Origin: Eledone cirrhosa
Lineage: Eukaryota
Assembly: GCA_964016885.1 (NCBI GenBank)
Contig: OZ024741.1
Location: 33,418,001 to 33,482,000, forward strand
Reading direction: 5' to 3'
DNA: 64,000 bases
Shown here: positions 56,701-64,000 of the stretch, piece after piece
How the letters are laid out: every line of letters begins with the position of its first letter
Position numbering within the stretch: the stretch's first letter is position 1
Program-made: the position numbers and the translations under genes
The notes under the pieces: model-generated
Database searches by the model: none
What the model was told of the DNA's origin: nothing
Seen by the model: only the letters and a program-made list of their open reading frames with translations

Positions 56701-57839
56701 CTGCCATTCTAGTCGACGTCTTAACGACTCTGCCATTCTATCTGACGTTCTAACGACACTGCCATTCTATCTGACGTTTTAACGACTTTACCATTCTATC
56801 TGACGTTCTAACAACTCTGCCATTCTATCTGACGTTCTAACGACTCTGCCATTCTAGTTGATGTTCTAACGACTCTGCCATTCTATCTGACGTTCTAACG
56901 ATACTGCCATTCTATCTGACGTTTTAACGACTTTACCATTCTATCTGACGTTCTAACGACTCTGCCATTCTATCCGACGTTCTAACGACTCTGCCATTCT
57001 AGTCGACGTTCTAACGACTCTGCCATTCTATCTGACGTTCTAACGACTCTGCCATTCCATCTGACGTTCTAACGACTCTGCCATTCTATCCGACGTTCTA
57101 ACAAATCTGCCATTCTAGTCGACGTTCTAAATACTTTGCCATTCTATCTGACGTCCTAACGACTCTGCCATTCTATCTGACGTTCTAACGACTCTGCCAT
57201 TCTAGTCGACGTTCTAACGACTCTGCCATTCTATCTGACGTTCTAACGACTCTGCCATTCTATCCGACGTTCTAACCACTCTGCCATTCTATCTGACGTT
57301 CCTACTACTTTACCATTCTAGTCGACGTTCTAACGACTCTGCCATTCTATCCGACGTTCTAACCACTCTGCCATTCTATCTGACGTTCCTACTACTTTAC
57401 CATTCTAGTCGACGTTCTAACGACTCTGCCATTCTATCTGACGTCCTAACGACTCTGCCATTCTATCTGACGTTCTAACGACTTTACTATTCTAGTCGAC
57501 GTTCTAATGACTCTGCCATTCTATCTGACGTTCTAACGACTCTGCCATTCTATCTGACGTTCTAACGACTTTACCATTCTAGTCGACGTTCTAACGACTC
57601 TGCCATTCTATCTGACGTTCTAACGACTCTGCCATTCTATCTGTCGTTCTAACGACTCTGCCATTCTATCTGACGTTCTAACGACTCTGCCATTCTATCT
57701 GACGTTCTAACGACTCTGCCATTCTATCTGACGTTCTAACGACTTTACCATTCTAGTCGACGTTCTAACGACTCTGCCATTCTATCTGACGTTCTAACGA
57801 CTCTGCCATTCTAGTCGACGTTCTAACGACTCTGCCATT
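53735..57839. repeat. 29-bp satellite, about 141 units
   Basis: Unit TTCTAACGACTCTGCCATTCTATCTGACG with ATCC/AGTC variants; no spacers. Confidence 0.97.
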
Positions 57840-57959
57840 TCACCTCATATTTCTTCATGATGCATATCTTCTAAATGAAAGATTGCGGGGATACGTTTTC
57901 GAAGATGATTGTGATTATGTTGATAAAAACAAGAATTTAATTTTTTTTTAATACTCTCA

Positions 57960-58193
57960 TTAGCCGGGTCGCTCTCCGACAGGTTTGCAGTTGTATCCTT
58001 GGCAGTGGAGACTTCTGATGTCCTCGGCCCTAGGGCTACCTCCCTACTCACCACCAATGGCGCTGAGCTGGCCAGCCGCATGTGTGAGCCCCGCTATCTG
58101 GAATGGCTTCTCCAGCGCGTCTCCCTTGCCATCCTCCGTGGAAACGCCTTCCCCATTCTGTCCGCCGGAACTGTGGGGAGGCCACCAATATGA
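57960..58193 (+). pseudogene. CRE-like LINE RLE C-terminal fragment
   Basis: FAVVSLAVETSDVLGPRATSLL..EPRYLEWLLQRVSLAILRGNAFPIL. Confidence 0.75.
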
Positions 58194-58589
58194 TTGACTG
58201 ACTTGTCATTTCATCAGTCAGATCCCCTGTAGCTATCAACAAAAATCTATTTCCCTACTCGATGTCTCCGTTTCACAATCAATTCTGAGAAGTGTCTGCT
58301 TGAAGTTATTTTGCCGTCCACTAACCTCTTTATGTTATGGTAGTTTTATTTTATCACCCCTATTCAGACTTTTTGGCATAATCATCATCATCCAACCATC
58401 CATTCAGACATAAGTCTGTAAAAATCTGAGAAAATATCTAAAGTCATGTTAGTTTGTTCTCTCATTAGTCTATACTTCCACTCGTTGATGCTTTTATTTA
58501 GTGAATACTTTCGATCTGTATTTGTAGTAGACGAAACCTTAACTCGAAAACATTTTCCTCGTGGCTCCAAATTTTATGTTGATAATGAA

Positions 58590-58726
58590 TTATTGTTTCT
58601 ACGTTTATCGACCCTGTAAGGATGAAAGGCAAAATTAACCTAGGTGGGATTTGAACTCAGGCTGTAAAGGGACGTAACTATGCTGGAAAGCATGGCGTCC
58701 GACGCTCTACCGATACTGCCACCACC
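58590..58726 (-). mobile_element. SINE family A
   Basis: Reverse complement of head and core. Confidence 0.8.
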
Positions 58727-59171
58727 ATTTTATGTTGATAATGAATAATATCAACCAGAGTAACGTCATAGATTTTATACTGGATCATAGTATCATTTCT
58801 ACAATTCTCAAATGAAAAAAAGCTTTTTTTTTTACTTCATTATAATCACAATTTAAATATTTGAAAATGTGATTCTATAAAATGATATTAAAGATTATGC
58901 CTTGCTGAGAAAGTTACAGGGAAATAAAGTCGTGGTGAGGGTTGGTAACAACCTATAGCCATGCTGACCTGTTTATGAATGAATACTAAAGAGCAAATGT
59001 ACAGCAATATCGCTTGGTAATGTTCTCTCCAAGTATATTTACTAAGGGCAAATTAGTTGTAGGACACTGATACAATGTGGTCTATTGTTTTAAGAAAATA
59101 AACAACAGGTGACATTTGTCATCTATATTGAAGGAATTATAGCTATATCTTTCAATATATCTAAGGATATG

Positions 59172-59501
59172 CGAAGGCGCGTGGCTGAGTTGTTAGAGAA
59201 TTGGTTGTAAGTTCGATTCACAGACAGGGCGATGCATTATGTCCTTGAGTAAGACACTTTATATCACGTTGCTCATTCTACCTGGATTGGCGACCGATAT
59301 ATAGTATTATAAATTGGAAAGACCAATGGAAATATTGTTTCCTCGGTCTGATTTGTCGATCAAGATACAGTTACGGCTTTTTACGTTTTGAGTTCAAATC
59401 CCGCAGAGGTTAGCTTTGCCTTTCATACTTACGGGGTCGATAAAATAAAGTACCAGTAATGTACTGGGATAATTGCTGACCTTGTGCCAAAAGTAGAAAC
59501 A

Positions 59502-59555
<54 letters not shown>

Positions 59556-59750
59556 GGATTGGCAGAATCGGTAGAGCTTCGGGCAAAATTCTCTGCGGTA
59601 TTTAGTTACGACTACGTTCTGAGCACAAATACCGCGGGAATCTACTTTGCCATTCATACTTCCAGGGTGGAGAAAATAATGTACCATTTAAGTACTGAGG
59701 TTGATATAATAGACTTTCTCCTTTTCCTAAATGGTTGGCCTTGTGCCAAC
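59172..59750 (+). mobile_element. Cluster: SINE B (59172-59360), SINE A (59368-59503), SINE A (59555-59750)
   Basis: Family motifs as above. Confidence 0.8.
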
Positions 59751-60061
59751 CTTGTTAAATGAAATTCCAGTGAAGTGAGTACAAATTCTATGACAACAGC
59801 GTTTATAGTTCTTTCTAATACTAGTTTCTTTTTCTATGATTGACAAAATATTAAATTCTTTTTTATATTTATGTGATTTTATCCTAGAAACATATGCAAG
59901 TATTTTGAAATAAAATATTTAAATAAATGTTTTTCTATTTTTATGTTTTTCAGGTAAAACATTCTACACACATTTTTAGGTAAGAATTATTTCCAATTTC
60001 ATCCACTACATAATATATGTGGGCAAGCGTACATGCATGTGTGCGTATCTATTTCTTCTAA

Positions 60062-60139
<78 letters not shown>

Positions 60140-60172
60140 GTGTGTGTGTGTGTGTGTCTGCGTGTGTGTGTG

Positions 60173-60482
60173 TGAAGGCGCGTAGCTTTGTGGTTAAGGT
60201 GTTCGGCTTACAATCGTAAGGTCGTGAGTTCGATTGCCGGCAGTACATTGTGTCCTTGAGCAAGAAACTTTATTTCACGTTGCTGCAATCCACTCAGCTG
60301 ACAAAAATGAGTTGTACCTGTAATTCGAAGGACCAGCCTTGTCACATTCTGTTTCACGCTGAATCTCCCTGAGAACTACGTTATGAATACGCGTGTCTGT
60401 GGAATGCTCAGCCACCTGCACGTTAATTTCCGTTGCTCGAATCAACTGGAACACTCATCGTCGTAACCGACGGAGTGTCAGT
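60173..60482 (+). mobile_element. SINE family B, long form
   Basis: TAGCTTTGTGG A box, GTTCGATTGCC B box, core GTGTCCTTGAGCAAG..CACTCAGCTG, long tail. Confidence 0.85.
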
Positions 60483-61010
60483 ATATATGTCTGTGCGCGA
60501 AAGACCAGTATATGTATATGTGAGTTTTCATAATAATATTGTTGTCTTTATTCTGTATTGTGGCTTTCAATAATTCTCTCTCTCTTTACGTATATATGAC
60601 AATAGTTGCAATAAATAGTAAGCTGTATAAGATGTGTATTATTGTAATGTTCTCCAGTGTGTACCTACTAACGTGTCATTGTCAGACACAGTAGGAAATA
60701 CACCTCCGTCGTCCCTTCAATTCCATATTTAACATTGGCTGTCTGGCCGAAGGTCTGTTAATTTGCGTATCTCTCTCTCTCTCTCATTCGATTTACCTAT
60801 TTTATAACCTCCCTCCCCCACTTCATACGCTATCCTTAGAATCTGCTGTATACATATCACTCTCAACGCTTGAGTGCTCCACTCACTCCCCTATTGTTCT
60901 ACAGGCAAGTTCAGCCACCCCTACCTCCCACCAAATGCCATGATAGACTTATTTATGTTTACAACAAATTTTAACCAATCCTCTTGACAACTACAATCTT
61001 CCCATATAAG

Positions 61011-61121
61011 GAAGTACCCCCTTGACAAGTTCGGCTATTTATTCACCAGACTAAAAATTCTAATTTAGTCCAGAAATAGCCGTCGAAACGGCTTGAGCTC
61101 TGCCGTCGGGGTCATACTTTT

Positions 61122-61123
<2 letters not shown>
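61011..61123 (+). ncRNA. Large hammerhead-like RNA with a mutated 5' core
   Basis: ACCCC-CTTGACAA-GTT CGGCTATTT..GACTAAA..TTTAGTC..AAATAGCCG TC-GAA-ACGGC TTGAGCTCT GCCGT-C-GGGGT. Confidence 0.6.
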
Positions 61124-61187
<64 letters not shown>

Positions 61188-61223
61188 ATATATATGTATT
61201 CTTCTCTCCTCTCTCTCCCCCTC

Positions 61224-61264
<41 letters not shown>

Positions 61265-61395
61265 CGCTATATATGTATATGTGTATGTATATATATATAT
61301 ATATAGAGAGAGAAAGGAGTGAGATTTGTGTGACTAATCGATTTATATATGTGTATTTATGTATGTATAAATGTATTAATGCATATATATATATA

Positions 61396-61812
61396 TCATC
61401 ATCATCATCATCATCAACGTTTAACGTCCGTGCTCCACGCTTGCATGGGTTTGGACGGGGGTTTTCCCACTTGAGGCAAGAGTGATTGTCTTGCTCGCAT
61501 AGGACTGTCTGGCGGGTTTTCTACAGTTGGATGCCCTTCCTAACACCAACCACATTTACAGTGTGGGTCTGGGAGGTTTTTACCGTGTTGCCTACACGGC
61601 CACATTACAGCGTGGACTGTGTGTTTTTTTGTCGTGACACCTACACGATCTCATTTGTTTCGGCCTGGATGGTGTGGCACCAACATAACTTTACATAGAA
61701 GGGGGCGGTGTGGATGGGGTGGGGGTGGTGGGACGGGGGTGTATTTTGTTAGAGATGCCTCCTGACTGTAGTAGGTTTTACTTTGTATTTAGGTAAGGTG
61801 GGTCTTTTCCTT
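61396..61812 (-). mobile_element. RTE LINE 3' UTR copy
   Basis: Homologous to 61838-62245; (ATG)n tail. Confidence 0.85.
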
Positions 61813-61837
61813 ATATATATATATATATATATATATA

Positions 61838-63330
61838 TCATCATCATCATCATCATCATCGTTTAACGTCCATCTTCCACTCTTGCATGGGTTTGGACGG
61901 GAATTTTCCCACTTGAGGCAAGATTGGTTGACTTGCTCGTATAGGACTGTCTGGCGGGTTTTCTACGGCTGGATGCCCTTCCTAACACCAACCACATTTA
62001 CAGTGTTAACTGGGGTTTTTAGCGTGTTACCTACACGGCCACATTACAGCGTGGACTGTGTGTTTTATTGTCGTGACACCTACACGACCTCATTTGTTTC
62101 GGCCTGGATGTTGTGGTACCAACATAACTTTACATCGAAAGGGGTGGTGTGGATAGGGTGGGGGTAGTGGGACGGGGGTGTATTTTTGTTAGAGGTGCCT
62201 ACTGACTGTAGGTTTCGCTTTGTACTTAGGCAAGGCGGGTCTTCTGTATTACTGTGTAGCGCCAAAGATCTCGGTCCAGTGACATTGTCTTGGAGAGGTG
62301 TAAGTGTGTGAGGTCGGAATTTATCAAGTCGTCCCAGATTTTTCTGGGTCTGCCTACTCCATGGCTACCGTCTATTTTTATTGCCCTGCACTTTCTAATA
62401 CAGCTGTCGTCTTTCATGCGCATCACGTGACCATACCAACGTAGTCTTCTCTCGAGTAAACAACATCTGTCCCTCTTATTTCTAATTTTTCCCTTAGTTC
62501 GTTTATGCTTTGCCGTTCACGTATATTACTATTACACATCCAGCGGAGCATTCAAGCTTCGTTCCTCTCCAGTCTGCGTATATCCTCTGCACACAATGCC
62601 CAGGTCTCACTGCCATGTAACATTGCTGTTCGTATGCAGGCATCATACAGCCTGCCTTTCATTTTTAGAGAGAACCCTTTAGCGGCTAATAGTGGTATAA
62701 ACTCTCTGAACTTTTTCCATCCAGTTCTGACTCTAACTACTGTACTTTCAGAGCACCCTCCACCACTGCTGATTTTGTCACCCAAGTAATGGAAGGTGTC
62801 CACTATTTCTATAGAACCATCTGTGCAATGGAATGAGCTAGTATTCCGTGGACACTTGCTGCTACTTATTGCACCAGAGCACCGGCCACATATAAAATCT
62901 ATATTCTTAGTTAGCTTACCTGTGATCCCACTACATCTTTTATGCACCCATACTTTGCATTTGGGACATAACATGGAGTTTCTACCTACTCCTTTCCTAC
63001 ACACTGAGCATGGCCATTTCCCAGATGGCACAGGTGCCCTATTTTCCTTCCTACAAACTAGAACTTTAGTCTTAGACAGGTTAATTTTAAGGCCTTTTGA
63101 TTCTAGGCCATGCTTCCATGTTTGGAATTTCTTCTCTAGTTCAGCCATTGATTCAGCTATGAGCGTTAGATCATCTGCGTATAGGAGTTCCCATGGGCAG
63201 CCGGTCTTGAACTCCACTGTTATAGCCTGAAGGGCAATAATAAATAGTAGGGGGCTAAGAATGGAGCCCTGATGAACACCAACTTTTACACTAAACTCTT
63301 CACTATATTCGTTGTTAATTCTAGCCTTGC
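61838..63330 (-). mobile_element. RTE-clade LINE, 5'-truncated, (ATG)n tail
   Basis: VGVHQGSILSPLLF..LLYADD..YLGD..MLHGSETW..LRWYGHVMRM..GRPRKIW. Confidence 0.92.
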
Positions 63331-63339
63331 CGGCTGTTT

Positions 63340-63433
<94 letters not shown>

Positions 63434-63582
63434 GGAGGTGATGACTCCTTTGGATTGTCACGTTTGGAACACCTAAGAAAGCTGAATGGCCACTATTTTG
63501 AAAAAGAGAGGATGGTCGTGGCTGATTGCAAAATAGAGACATAAAGAATGAAAGAAACAGAAGAGAGTGGGAAGCACTGAAT

Positions 63583-63584
<2 letters not shown>

Positions 63585-63654
<70 letters not shown>

Positions 63655-63849
63655 TATCTGTAAGTGCGTGTGTGAGTGTGTGTGTGTCTGTATGTCTGAG
63701 TGTGTGTGTGTGTGTGTGAGAGAGTATCTGTAAGTGAGTGTGTGTGTGTCTGTATGTCTGAGTGTGTGTGTGTGTGTGTCTGTGAGTATCTGTAAGTGCG
63801 TGTGTGAGTGTGTGTGTGTCTGTGTGTGTGAGAGAGTACCTGTAAGTGC

Positions 63850-63923
<74 letters not shown>

Positions 63924-63950
63924 CTGTAAGTGCGTGTGTGAGTGTGTGTG
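63585..63950. repeat. (TG)/(AG) compound minisatellite with recurring GAGTATCTGTAAGTG
   Basis: Directly visible. Confidence 0.85.
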
Positions 63951-64000
63951 TACAATTCCACAACACTAGCTTTGGTAAATTGACGCAATGTTAGAGGAAA

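Noticed and set aside
53735-57839. CRISPR array (29-bp repeat)
   Set aside because: Units are contiguous with no unique spacers, there are no cas genes, and the context is eukaryotic.

Overview
AT-rich eukaryotic DNA, almost entirely repeats. The SINE and LINE repertoire resembles that of octopus/cephalopods (inference from recalled sequence features, no search run). No intact host gene is evident; there is one candidate microexon at 59954-59979. Nearly all ORF-track entries are microsatellite translations. Contents: (1) a near-full-length, frameshifted Tx1/L1-clade LINE plus three 5'-truncated copies, all inserted in (TAGA/TAGG)n; (2) Penelope-like (GIY-YIG) remnants; (3) RTE, R4/Dong-like and CRE-like LINE fragments; (4) three tRNA-derived SINE families; (5) a Helitron-like element with a palindromic end-to-start junction, and a hAT-like MITE; (6) a 4.1-kb 29-bp satellite derived from a SINE head, with a 1450-bp higher-order duplication. 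The most notable hidden layer is a set of short non-coding islands between (TA)n tracts. They carry type I hammerhead ribozymes (10 with an intact CUGANGA/GAAA/NUH core from about 8 unrelated families, plus decayed ones) and are often arranged as fold-back palindromes, consistent with Penelope pLTR or retrozyme-like elements.
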